This document shows, piece by piece, positions 25,693 through 39,155 of a DNA stretch of 64,000 nt. The DNA is from Camelus ferus. Its lineage: Eukaryota. Each line of letters begins with the position of its first letter. The stretch's first letter is position 1. The stretch covers positions 72,294,001 to 72,358,000 of the forward strand of contig NC_045697.1 in NCBI RefSeq assembly GCF_009834535.1, in the 5' to 3' direction. The notes under the pieces were generated by a model. The model saw nothing but the letters and a program-made list of their open reading frames with translations. It had not been told where the DNA came from and did not search any database. The position numbers and the translations under genes were made by a program.

Positions 25693-27649
25693 GCATTAGT
25701 TTTGACTAACCTCATATCACACTTAACTTTTTTAAAAATTAATTCAGTATTTGATTTTAGATAAAAATTGTATTATGTTTTTGATTATGAATTAATCATT
25801 TTTTTAAATGTTTCATAACTCTCAAAATGCCTGCCTCATAGCATGTACCAAATAAATGCAAAAAGTATCCCGAATATACTAGTTTATTCTCCATTATTCT
25901 TCAACTTTTAAATTTCTATTGATTTCAGTGATGATTACTCTCTTCCAAATACAAACTGAAAAAAAAAAATCCAAAAAAAAACTCCTAAAGGAAGTTCCTC
26001 TCCTAATGCTTTTGTAAGTTTATGCTGCAATTTTTTTATTACATCAAGTAACCAAACTGAAATCTATAAAATTAATCAGAAATAAAAGAATTACTGTTTA
26101 ATATACATAGAACACATCTTCTGAACAGGAAACATTTTTCTCTCTGTTAAGTACAAAATATATCATAGTCACAAAACATCAAAAATACAATTGATGTGGG
26201 TAATTGATTACAAAGAATCTAAATTAAATCTTAAGCATCGCTTAAATTTATTTAATTCAAATAAAATTCACCCAGTCACTAATGGCTAATAAACTGAGCC
26301 CTAATGATTAAAGGAGAAATGTTTAGCTCCATATTCAAAATTTTAAATTAAACTACAGCAGTGTTATTTAAATTTTTTCAGATATCAGGATACCTGGAAC
26401 TCATAGCATTTTTTGGCAAACCACCTAAAACACTGATTAAACTTCAAAACTATTAAAAAAGTAACTTTTGGTAAAATCAGACACCTCTTACAACAGATTT
26501 TATTATATATACCTGAGAAAAATTATCGGTGGAGATGAAGGTAAATGAACCATTATTTGATTATAGCAGCAAAGCTCAGTTCGGGTTGAGCCTCTGAAGA
26601 ACAGTTTAAGAACTAGAAAGCTCTAAACTGCCACATTTGTATGTGCAATTTACATTAGAACTTCTAATGCCTTCTTAACATTTAAAAATGCCAGCAGCAC
26701 CTGATAGCCTCCTCAATTATCAAACATCTCTGATTTGCTTTTGTCTTCTGCCTTTAGAAAACACAGATCTGGTTCCACTGAAGCACAATCCACAGTCACT
26801 AGGGCCCAAAAGACAAAAGAACTCTGGCAGGGACACACCACGTACTTGTTTACAGATTTCATCTAGTTAGGCCTGCACGTAATTAGACTGAGCATCGTGA
26901 CCTGGCATCTAAAATCCCGCTTGCCTCCACCGTTACCCTGATTTCCCACACTTCTCAAATCCTTTGATCTTTGATTTTCTGAACTACTGGGGTTCCCATC
27001 CCAAAGACTATGACACAATCTAGTTTGGTTTGGTAATTGTTCTGTCTCCCTTCCCCACCCCAACCAATGTGCAGGGATGAGTAAACACATCGTATTTCTT
27101 TCTACACCAAAAACACACAGTGCTGGGCAAAGAACTCAACAAATATTTGACCAGCTTTTAACCAGTTCATCGACATCGGTGAGGTTTCTGAGTTTTTCTT
27201 CAGTGCTCCCTTCAAGTGAAAAAAGTTATTTTCTTTAGCTGATGAGATGCCTTGTTTACCTTTCAGTTTACTTTCACCTCTTAACAAGGCTGGTGTGTCA
27301 TGGCCTTCAGAGCAGAAGATGTGCAGGGCTAGGAAGTCAGCCCACTGATTTGTGCAAACCAAGAACTCAGCACCAAGGAGTTGGGAAAATGACTACAGAG
27401 GCAGCAAAAAGAAGTAACAGCTAGGAGCCCCAGTTCTTTTAAGAAAGAATATTCAGCTCAGACAACTCAGAGCTGCCTGCTTGCTTGCTTGCTTTCTCTC
27501 ATTTTTTATGTTGCAGAATACTTTAAAAGGTATCCACCTACCAACCTGTTTTATGTAGTAAATTTTCATGACGAATCAGTTTGTATATATTTTTCACTTT
27601 TATGAACTTAATGTGCCATAAATTTTAAAAAATACGTTTCTGAAAACTA

Positions 27650-27858
27650 CAGTCATCCCTCAGTATCCACAGGGGATTCATTCCAGGACCCACTGGTGGT
27701 ACCAAAATCCACTGATGCTCAAAGTCAGCCCTCCAGATCCGCAGTTCCAAATCCGTGGATGCAACAGACCTCAGATCGAATACGGTAGTATTTCTTGAAA
27801 AAATTCTGCATATAAGTAAACCTGCACAGTTCAAACCATGCTGCTCAAGGGCCAACTG
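27650..27858 (+). mobile_element. Tigger-family MITE (MER8/Tigger2-like)
   Basis: ta|cagtcatccctcagtatcc...cagttcaaaccatgctgctcaagggccaactg; CAGT...ACTG termini. Confidence 0.8.
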
Positions 27859-27879
27859 TGTATCTCTATATTCAAATTA

Positions 27880-28146
<267 letters not shown>

Positions 28147-28162
28147 TTAAAATTTTATGCAT

Positions 28163-28520
28163 GTGTATATTAGTGTGTTCAGGCTGCCACAACAAAATAC
28201 CGCACACTGGGTGGCTTAAACAATAGAAATTACTTTTCTCACAGTTCTGGAGGCTGGGAAGCCCCAGATCAAGGTGTTGGCAGGTTTGGTTTCCGCCTTC
28301 TCACGGTGCCCTCACAGAGCCTTTTCTGAGCACACACATCCCTAGCGTCTCCCTCTGTTGTCCAAATTTCCTCCTCTTATAAGGACAGCAATCATACTGG
28401 GTTAGGACCAATCTGAATGGTCTCATTTAACTTAATCACCTCGTTAAAGGCCTCATCTCCAAAGAGGGTGATATTTTGACCTAGTGAGGGTTAAGATTAA
28501 ATATACATATCAGGGTGGGA
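28163..28520 (-). mobile_element. MaLR LTR (MLT1A/B-like)
   Basis: ggctgccacaacaaaataccgcacactgggtggcttaaacaatagaaatt...cacagttctggaggctgggaag. Confidence 0.8.
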
Positions 28521-28554
28521 CAATTAAGTCCGTAATAGTGTGTGTGTGTCTCAT

Positions 28555-29055
28555 ATACAGCATCTAAAATGACCTACAATGACCCCTTCCTGGTGTTCAT
28601 GCCCTTGTGTAACCCCCTCCCCTTGAGTATGGATTAGTCCTAGGGAACCACTTCTAACCAACAGAACACCGCAGGGGTGATGGCCCTTCCAAAATTAGGT
28701 AATAAAAGAGACTGCACCTTCTGTTTTGGGTGCTCTCTCTCAACTCTCTATTGGCCAAGGGGGAAGCCAGCTGCCAGGCTGTGAGGCAGCTCCGTAGAAA
28801 GTCCCACGTGAGTGAGCCTGGAAGCCCATCAGAGGCCTGCCCATAACCACATGGGTGAACTTAGGCAGGCCTGGTCCGGCCTTAAGATGACTGAAGCCCT
28901 GGTCCACAGCTTGACTGTAATCTCCTGAGTGACCTTGAGCCAGAAGTTTCCAGCTAAGCCACACTTACATTCCTGACTGACAGAAACTGTGATAATAAAT
29001 GTTATTTTAAACTGGTACGTTTTGATATAATTGTTACACAGCAATAGATAATACA
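28555..29055 (+). mobile_element. MaLR LTR (MLT1F-like)
   Basis: ttcatgcccttgtgtaaccccctccccttgagt...cagaaactgtgataataaatg...ttgttacacagcaatagataataca. Confidence 0.78.
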
Positions 29056-31227
29056 GCAACTAATCTGTCAACCTGGGCATAGTTAAACTTGGCAGAAATG
29101 TTCTAAGACCACAAAGCCTAATTATGTTCCTTTACTCTTTAAAAGCATATTACACTGAAGCAACGCAATAGTTACTCTTGAAGCTTCTCCAAAATATCTC
29201 TGAACCTACCACTGTGTTTAAATGTAATAACTATAAAGAATGAGGAAATATATTGAAAGATAAATATATTTTTCTATCCCCCCCCGATAAAGATATTTAT
29301 AAATAGGTTTAAGAAACTCCAGTTAGACTTGCCAACCCCTATTTCTGCCAGTATGAATTCAGAAGTCCTGGTTTCTGAACTTACAACCTAAAGGTAATCA
29401 GTTCAGAATTTAGACAGTGACACAGGTGGCCAGAGCAGAATTCTTCTGATTTCTACTTCTTTAAAGAAAAAAAAAGGTATTTGCAAAATATAGTCAATTA
29501 TAATGTGTGAGGCTATGAAAGCTTTTAAAAAAGAACAAGCACCAGAGGAAGTACTTGATCTTCTGAATGGAGCATTTGTAGAACAGAACCTGAGCACTTG
29601 GCCAAACTGTCCTCATTTAAGGATTACTTCCTAAGCTCTGTATTTATCTAAAACAGAGATAATTTAGTTTCCACTACAGAAAAAGATAAAGAAATAAAAT
29701 CACAGCATCCACATCTGTATAAATTCACTTAAGTATCATGTTCACCACTTAAGATTCTCATGCTCAAAATGAAAACCACCTTGGAGATATTGACTCAAGA
29801 GTCTGTAACTTCATGTAATCTTTTACTAGGGACAGGGAGAAGGAGGAGGGCAAAAATATTCAACATCATATAAGGCAGACCATTCTCCCCAGCAAGGGCT
29901 ACAAATCAGCCTTCTGCATACAACCTCTCCAAATAAAAGGGCTTTCTATGTTTCAGGCTGGGAGCATATCAATCGGAGGTTGACCTGGATAAAGAGACTC
30001 AGAAGGAATGTCCGCAGATGCAGGTGGAAACTGGGCAGGTGGTGTAGAATACTGCTAAGAGGATAGCTGAGGGGAAGGGTCCACCCATCCAAGCCTGACA
30101 TAGACAGAAGCAGACACAAAAGGGGATTTGTGTTAAAATGGAGACAGTGCGGGGTCAAAGAACAGACAGAGAGTAGCATTTTCTCTTTACAGCCCACCCT
30201 CCACCTCTACCCATTAACTTCATATAAACTATGCTGAGGCGTTTAGTGAGTTACATACTTAGAAGTTCTTATTATAGAAGTAAGTCTCCAAAATATATAA
30301 TATCCTTACCCTCCACTGTGAAAAGCTGCATAGCACTTTACAGTATGCAAATACATTATTACTTCACTGTATCCTCATATCAACACAATTAAGAAGGAGG
30401 AGAAAAGATTTGCTCCACATACAAATGATGGACTTGTCTACAATCACTCTTATTTTGTAAAGCCAGAATTCATAGCCAAGATCCCTGGCTTGGTCTCCAG
30501 TTCAGGTCTTTTCCCACTGAATCATGTAACTAACCAGAAACATGAAGAGGCAAATCATTGTTCTGGCAAGTTTGCCCAAGTTTACTGTCCCACAGACTGC
30601 GAGGACGGAAACCTGGGTCTGATTTCTGATTTCAGTAACAAAAGATTTTGTCCTACCCAGATAACCTGAAAGAGTGTTGTAAATGCCACAGCTGAATAGG
30701 GGGCAGAAGGAAAATACCACATGGGCATATGAATAACATGTGTATTTATATATACTATACAACTTTATTAATGACCTGAAAAGCAAGCTTTTCACATTCA
30801 GATCCAGGAAGTCCTTGTTTTGATAGAAAGTTAAACACAGACGAAGAGAGGGAAAAATTGCAACCTCTAGTATTCAAACCACTATGCCATTTGAAGCCAA
30901 AGGAAAAACACAAAAGACGAATTTTACATAGAAGTGTAAGTACCCAAGTGTTCCCCAGGACACCTGACTATTCAGTTACAGCAGTGTGAACAGATACTGC
31001 CTGAGACACTGACAGAAGTTTGGGGAGGTCAAACCAAACAGGAGGAGGCACAGTTTTGACCTTAATACTTATATTAAGGAAACATAACTTAATGGTAAAT
31101 CCATCTAGTCCAAAGAGAGCCATTTAATAATCAGAACTTACCAACTGAGGTTTTAGCTAATGAGAGCTGGAAAAATACTCTTAGTATCTTCACAATGAAA
31201 CCAATTATTACATTTGTTGTTAAAACC

Positions 31228-31830
31228 AGTTCCTCAAAAAATTAAAAATATTATTATCATATAATCCAGTAATCCCACATCTGGGTATAGAATCCAAAAG
31301 AACTGAAAAGCAGGGTCTCAAAGAGATATTTGTACATCCATATACAAGCAACATTATTCACAATAGCCAAAAGGTGGAAGCAACCCAAATGTTCACTGAC
31401 ATTGAATGAATAAACAAAATGTGGCATGTGCATACAACGGAATATTATTCAGCCTTAAAAAGGAAGGAAATTCTGGCACATGCTACATCATGGATAAACC
31501 TTGAGAACATTATACTGAGAGAACTAAGCCAGTCATGAAAAGACAGACACTATGATTCTACTTTATGAGGTAACTGGAGGAGTCAAATTCACAGAAGCAG
31601 AAAGGACAGTGGTTGCCAGGGCCTGAGAGCTGGGGAAAATGGGGAGTTATTTTTTTAATGGGTATAGAGTTTTAGTTTTGCAAGATAAAAAAGTTCTGGA
31701 GATTGCTTTCACAACAGTGTGAATATATTTAAGACTACTGAATTGTACACTTAAAACAATTAACATTGTAAATTTTGTATTACATTTTACCACAATTGAA
31801 ATTTTCTAATAAAAATTAAATCTAAAACAA
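31228..31830 (+). mobile_element. L1 (L1MB-type) 3' end
   Basis: caacattattcacaatagccaaaaggtggaagcaacccaaatgttc...catgctacatcatggataaaccttgagaacatta. Confidence 0.85.
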
Positions 31831-32397
31831 AACGTCACATAGAATACTAATTCAATGAGTCCAGTCATCTAGCCTGAGATCAGACTCAAAGAAAAATAAT
31901 CACCTGTGAGTTTTGTTATCTTAGATTTTATGAGAACCTAGCAAAAAATATCGGGTATGTCAACAAAGATTCTAATAGTTGTAGAAGGCTTCTTAGTAAC
32001 AAGGATCACTCATAAATATGAACCCTTCAAAAAGATAAATAGACAGATAAACAGACAGACAGATAGATAGGTAAGAACCCTTCAGTCTGGTGAAAAGTTT
32101 GATAAACCTGCGTGTTGTTTTTTTTTTTAAAGTAAAGGTGCATTATCAGTCACCTATTTTTCTTCTTTCTCCAACATTACCTAAGTTCTGAAGCATGCCT
32201 CAAGAAGGAAACCTAGAAAGACAGATTCTCCACAAAATTCATATAACTTTTGGTTCTTATTTCCAATTTTTAATTCCCACTAAGGGGACAGGAAAGAGAT
32301 GCCCAACTTCTGAAATACAACTGGAGTCTTCAAACAAGCATCTCATATGCTGGAATGCCATACTCAAGGTTAAAGCCCCCCACTGTGGGACCATTAC

Positions 32398-32568
32398 CTT
32401 TCGAATAAAGTTGACATGGCACTCGCCCTCCTGCTCACTTGGAGGGCAGCTGGGGGGCACCTCGTAGCTTGTGTGAGCTTTGCTCCTCTGGTCCGCATAT
32501 ATCACTGGTGACTGGAAATACAGCTCGATGAAGTTCACTGCTTTGACCACGTGAGTAATATCAAACCT
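32398..32568 (-). CDS. MANBA: MANBA exon 4
   Basis: cag|AGGTTT...CGAAAG|gtaatg; 171 nt; [57 protein letters not shown]. Confidence 0.96.
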
Positions 32569-33400
32569 CTGAATTATAAAGAAAGAACAGATGTGGAAGT
32601 AGCCTCATGTGTAAAATTTTAGCTATAGGCAGAATGTATGAAACATGCATTAAAAAGAATGAAATATTTAGGTTTAAACTTTTTGCAGGAGAAAGCACTT
32701 CACCAAAATAGTATGACTTAGTTGCTGGCTTTTAGTTACAACTGAGTACGTTCTCCTACCCAAACGTAGATTTCTAGGTTTTCTCCTGCTATTTTTACTG
32801 ATGATGATGGTCCTAGGCAAACAGAGCAAGCAGAGACTATCTTTAGCCTTGGAATGTCTGCTCTGGCTATTTACACATGGCTCTGAATTGCCAAGGATTT
32901 CCTAGACACTTCGTGATAACCTGACTCTCTGGTATGCATAGCATGTATTTCTAAGTCATAAGTTATTTTTGTTTTGAAAAGTCTACCCCTGAAAGGGAAG
33001 GGAGCTCAGGATACAAGCTTTTAAGGTAACTGTTCCAGTAAGGAAGGAACGTTTTCTTTTAAAATTGCTTGTCAATTGCCATTTCCCATGAAACTCTGGA
33101 TTACCAATTAATAAGGGAAGGGAATGGGATTTGTCAAACATTTCCTATGTGCCCAAAACTGTGCTGATCATTTTATATAATTAGCTCCTTAAATCCTCAC
33201 AATAACTCCATCAGGCTGGAGTGTCTTCATCATTCCACAAATGTGGCAACTGAGAAATAAAGTAACTTACTTACCCAGTGCATCAAAGGGCTCGTGCCTC
33301 CCTGCATGGGCAATCATGCACTTACCTTCCCCCCTCAGACAACAATGAACACAAACACACACAAGTGGTCCTTTTTAACCTGATGTCATTAGGTACTTAC

Positions 33401-33506
33401 ATATCTTCTGAACATGTTGTCTGTTTCCCCAACAGGAACACCATTGAGCAGGACTTTTGTAACTGTATCGACACCCTCAAGAATCAAATTTACTTTTTGC
33501 CATTCG
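33401..33506 (-). CDS. MANBA: MANBA exon 3
   Basis: tag|CGAATGG...AGATAT|gtaagt; 106 nt; [35 protein letters not shown], including the GH2 sugar-binding-domain motif EGVDT. Confidence 0.96.
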
Positions 33507-35507
33507 CTAAAAAAAGATTTTTAAAACAAGATGTATGAAACATTAACTTAGGTAACTCTCTTTTTTTTTTACTAGTTAAGAATGAAAGGAAAAAGTGTTT
33601 CACAAAAATATATATATTCTTAAAAGGCATTTTCCAATGAAATTTTCAAAAGTATTGGTTTAATACATTTTTATGTTGAGTGATCCAGTTTATCTTTCTT
33701 CATAAAATTTCAATCACCATAAAATTATGAGCACCCTTCTAATTTCTAAATGCTTTGACTTTTTTTCTACAACTTCACAAAGTTCTTATAAGAACGAAGT
33801 TAAGTAATAGATACAAAACATTTTCACAGATTATTACATGTACCAACACTAAGAGAACGCATTAACCAACTAACAAGTATCTGTGAGTAAATATGTGCCC
33901 AGTACTCTGCTAAGCCTTATAGGAAACTAAAACAATCTTTGAATTTAAGGAATCTGCAGTCAGGTCAGTATTCAAGCCTAAAACACAGGAAACCAGACAA
34001 AAGCTTTCAACCTCTTCTAGTTTGTAGTGCAGTCTTGTTGGATACAAGTGCTATCAGAGCCTGCTATAAGGAAAGACTTCAAGCAGAAAATAAGAGTTTA
34101 AAAAAGAGTAAATAAAGTGTGATATATCTATACAATAAAATAGCATTTGGCAATAAAAACAAATGAAGTACTGGTGAATATGACAACATGGATGAACTTC
34201 AAAACATTATGCTAAATGAAAGAAGCCAGCCACAAAGGACTACATATTGTATAATTCCATTTATTTGAGATTTCCAGAAGAAACAAATTCAGAAATAAAC
34301 AAATTAGTGGTTGCCTAGAGCTGGGGAGGGATGGGGGGGCAAAGATGCAGGAAGTGGTACAGGATTGGCAAGTAAGCAGTACTTTCACAGATAAGCAGAG
34401 AAGATCACACTTGATCTGCCAATCAAAAGGAAGAATCAATGGTAAAAATCAGCATTCTGATGGATCAAGATAAATCACATGTTTCTTCCACATACAAAAG
34501 GAAAATAAAAAGACAAAGCAAGAAATCGAGTTAGGCAGCTTTGGTCTCATTCCAGGTACTCACTAATAAAGGTCTAGGCAAAGGTGGAAATGAGGAGGAA
34601 GAGGCTGAATCAAGAGAAATGACAGGCAAAAATGAATAGTTCTCAGAAACAGACCAAATACAGGGAGATGAAGGAAAGATATGATGAGCCAGAAGCCCCT
34701 TAGGCATGGAAGATTGGAAAGATGGTGTTACATCAAGAGAAATAATAAGGCTGCTAGAATATAAAGTAAGCTTTAAGTGGGAAAGTCAACTGGTTAAGTT
34801 TTGGATATGCTGAGTTCAAGGTGAAGCAGGACACCCTATTGGAGATATTTTAAGTATTATCCGGAAATAAGAGCCCAGAACACAGTAATTCCGTGATATT
34901 GAGCACTACATTTTGGTTTTATTTCTCTTTTAAGAAGCTAGTAAACAATTACCAACAAGAAGTAATATTAAAGGAACAGAAGGGTTTTTTTTATTTAACA
35001 ATAATGGTGGTAGATATAATTGGGTTATATTCTGATACTTAGAACATCACTGAAAACCGTATCGTGCTTTTCCTCACGGCCTCATGATGTAATATAAGGC
35101 CAATGCCATAGTTTCAGTGACTGGTTAACACCACACCAAACAAATGGTGTCTCTCTGATCCTACTTGACAATATTATAAATATATACACTCTACGGATTC
35201 ATAGGAGGGCAAGGGAAGGAAATGATGGCAAAAGAACTGACTAGGTCTAGGTGACATCATTATAACGACTGGAAAAATGACTGAATACAACATAATTTTG
35301 TGACTAGTGATCAGTGGCACCATCCTCATACACAAATCGAAATATATATCATATATTCACTTTTACAGGCTTTAGTCTGAGAACACTCCGATATGCAACC
35401 TAAGCAAACAAAAAATTATTGCAGATAGAAAAAGAAGAAAAGTTCAAATAATAATAATAATAAATGGATAGATATTGATATAAACAGAGATATACACACA
35501 TACATAC

Positions 35508-35602
35508 CCAGTGTCAAATGGAATCACAAAGTTCTTGCTGTAGGTCCAGTTATCCAAGGCAATCCACCTGTAGTTACGGTCATTAAATCTGTAGTAAGGA
35601 TC
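35508..35602 (-). CDS. MANBA: MANBA exon 2
   Basis: cag|GATCCT...ACTGG|gtatgt; 95 nt; [31 protein letters not shown](G). Confidence 0.96.
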
Positions 35603-35974
35603 CTGTTGAAAAAATGATGGTAGATGATTAAATATGCAAAAATAAATGAATTAAATAAACATGAAATAAATAATTAATGATAGTTATTTATTACCTAAAA
35701 ACTAATGAACTCTTGGCCTAGAAGGGCACACATTTTATATATCAGCACATCCCAACCACAAGGCTAATGCTCCATCCATTTATGAGACCATTACCTTTCA
35801 AACAAAGTTGACATGGCATTTGCATACTAGAAATACTAAGAATATTTTAAAACGTAGAAAAAAAAAGTCCAACAAAATACCTGAAATGAACAAGTTCTGA
35901 GAAATAAATATTACATAGTTTCATAATCAACAAACGTGTGGAGATGAAGACTGGCTTCCTTTGTTAAAACCAAA

Positions 35975-36465
35975 CACAATAAAGATGTGTGTATATATAC
36001 AATGGAACATTACTCAGCCATAAAAAAGAATGAAATAATGCCATGTGCAGCTACATGAATGGACCCAGGAATTATCATACTAAGTGAAGTAAGTCAAACA
36101 GAGAAAGATAAATATAATATGATCGCACTTATATATGGAATCTAAAAAAGATGATACAAATATTGTTTACAAACCAAAAACAGACTCATAGACATAGAAA
36201 ACAAACTATGGTTACCAAAGGGGAAAAGATGGGAGAGGGATAAATTAGGAATTTGGGATTAGCAGATACACACTAATATATATAAAAATAAAGAACAAGG
36301 ACCTACTGTACAGCATAGAGAACTATATTCAATTACTTGTAATAACATATAATGGAAAAGAATCTGAAAAAAATATATATGTATATATGTATGTATATGT
36401 ATAACTGAGTCGCTTTACTATATACCTGAAACTAACATTGTAAATCAATTACACTTTTAAAAAAA
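35975..36465 (+). mobile_element. L1 3' end (cetartiodactyl type)
   Basis: tactcagccataaaaaagaatgaaataatgcc...agactcatagacatagaaaacaaactatggttaccaaagggg. Confidence 0.88.
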
Positions 36466-37289
36466 ACCACAGAGCCTGCAAGGTATCAGCAGAGAATGAA
36501 GGACAGAACTTCTGATGGTGTGGCGCCATCAGCCTCTCACGCCCTGTGGTTCTCACTTTGTGTTTTGCTGCCACTATCCCAGCTGACCTCCAGGGGGAAT
36601 GTTTCTCTTCCACTGCCCAAAGGTCAGCAAAACTCCCACTCCTTGGATTTACTTAGCATTAACAAAGTTATTTTTCACTCAGCTTTACTAAGTGAGCACA
36701 AAAAGGATCTCCTACAGAGAATACACAGGCAGCGCAAATACTGCCAAACTTACAAACTTCCCTGCTGACGAGAAGAAATATTTTGATAAGCGTCAGGGGA
36801 AGGAGTGGTTGATGAGAGTTAATAATAACCAGTAATCACTAAACTGACTTTTAGGGTCTGGTTAACGGTGAGCTTTTGTTCTACTAAATGGGGTGTGCCA
36901 GGCCGAGCCCACTCACTTCCTTCTCTTCTCTTCCTCACACAGGGGACTCAGCCTCCCCAGTGAATTAAAGGAGTAAATGTTTAAGGATGCAGGTTTGAAT
37001 AGGCACCTAATTATTAGCTTCCCATGTGTCTCACCCAGCCCAATTGATAACTCTACACTGTGGACTTCATCCAATATAGTTAAAAACATCCTGAGAAGGA
37101 AGGTGGGGAGGCTAACGCAGCTGCAGCACGGCAACCTGCTGAGCCTTGAGACTGACTGATGGTCTCCTTCCTGTCTCCCGGCTCCTTGAAGGAATCTGCG
37201 TGTTGAGCTCCAGAGGGCTATCTTCTTGGACACATTTTTTTCTAGACAAACAGAATTTAGAGGGTTAAGTTTTTTTTCTTCCTTGAAAG

Positions 37290-37745
37290 AAACCAATCTG
37301 AAAAGGCTACATACTGTATGATTCCAACTACGTGATATTCTGGAAAAAGCAAAACTCTGGAGACAGTAAAAGGATCAGTGGTTGCCAGGGATTAAGGGGG
37401 AGAGAAGGATGAACAGGGCGAGAACAGAGCATTTTCAGGGCAGTGAATCTACTCCAAGTGATACTGTAGCAGTGGATACGTATCATTATACACTTGTCAA
37501 AATCCATAGAATGTACACCACCAAGAGTGAACCACAACATAAACTATGGACTTTGGGTGATAATGATGGGTCAGCGTTATAAGGTTCATTGATGCTAACA
37601 AATGTACCACTCTGGTGTGGAGTGTTGACAGCGGGGTAGCTGTACATGTATGGGGATATATGGGAACTGTCTGTATTTTCCATTCAAGTTTTCAGTGAAC
37701 CTGAAAATGGTTCCCCAAAAAAACCAAAGTCTATTAAAAAAAAAT
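37290..37745 (+). mobile_element. L1MC-type 3' end
   Basis: ccaatctgaaaaggctacatactgtatgattccaact...aacaaatgtaccactctggtgtgg. Confidence 0.82.
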
Positions 37746-39077
37746 GCCCTAAGGGAAAATATCTTACCCTCCCTAAAATAAAAGTTGCAGAGACTCAGAT
37801 GATATTTATAATAACTATTGCAAGTGCTAAGCAACCAACTTAATTTGGTTCCAAAGTGGTCTGATTCCCTTTGCTCATTAAAATTCTGAGTCCTATTTAA
37901 AGCAAACAGCAGCTCAGCATTATGTCTGATGACGAAGGGACCCATGTAAGTGGCTGAGTTGTTAAAGCAAACCCAGGAACCCTAAAGACAGTAACTTGTA
38001 TCACGTGTTGACCATTTACTTTCTATCAGCCTCCAAGATAGGCATTCACACACACTCTTCTCTTCGTAACAAACATGTGCAGTAAATACCATTTTATAGA
38101 GGAAGAAACTAAAACTCCAAAAGGTGAAGTGACTCTCCTAAGGTCACACAACTAAGCAGAACAAAATGAATTCAGTCTGACACCAAGGTCAGCATTTTTT
38201 CAACTGTACTGTGTGCCTCACTCCACATTTACCTACGCTTTTATACCAGATGATCTCTGCAACAGCAATAATAAGATCGGGTGCTGCCTGTGACCCTGCG
38301 GAGTCAGCAGCATCATCACCCCCATTTTCTAACAAGAGTCCAAGGCGCAAAGTCAGATGGCTATGAAGTGGTGGGGCGCTGATTCAGACCCAGGGAATCC
38401 GGCTCCTGCGTCCACGTGCTTACTCATCACCTCACACAGCCATCAATGTCACCAGTGCCATCCATTGTTAACAGTGTCAGTGCTACCTACCAAGGGCAGG
38501 CTGGGAGAGAAACACGCTCCATGGGGCCTGAACCAGCTGTTTATAACTGACACTTACCATACCTGTCGCACATCGACAAGCCCTGTGTCATCAGACCATG
38601 CAAGTCACACGCCCGACTCCTCCCTCTGTAAGCTTCTCAACTTCATCTATTATTTCTACTTACAGATTGAAGGACTCAACCAGTGGTAGCTTTCCCACTC
38701 CCCCCTCTGCTTTAGTCCAATGGCTGATTCTCTGCCAGACAGAATTTCTTCACGTGGAGTGACATGGAGAAAAGGAATTTTTTGTTTCATTTACAGATAT
38801 TGTTTCTTGGATACTTAGGCAAAAATAAAGTTTAAGAAAACATTTATCTGAAAACAAGCAAAACTAAACAATATATTAAGATACACAGGTATCTGGTAAA
38901 ACCTTAACTTGTAAAAAGCAACAGAATGATAATTCAGGATATGTTTCCTTTAGGGGGAGGCCGGTGAAGGGCCAGGTGGGGAGTGGGGTAGGTGCCAGGA
39001 ACCCCCAGTGGTACCGAGAATACAGGCCATACATACACTGGAGAGCAGGTGCATGGGTATTCATGTAATTATCAGAC

Positions 39078-39155
39078 TTTTTTTGACTATTACAAAAGGT
39101 TTTTTTTTTACTATTACAAAATGGTTTTTTTTTTACTATTACAAAATGTTTTTAT
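39078..39155. repeat. Imperfect ~24-bp tandem repeat x3 (T-run + ACTATTACAAAA)
   Basis: ttttgactattacaaaaggttttttttttactattacaaaatggtttttttttttactattacaaaatg. Confidence 0.8.

Noticed and set aside
39078..39155. CRISPR-like or regularly spaced repeats
   Set aside because: A simple AT-rich slippage repeat with no unique spacers, in a eukaryotic context.
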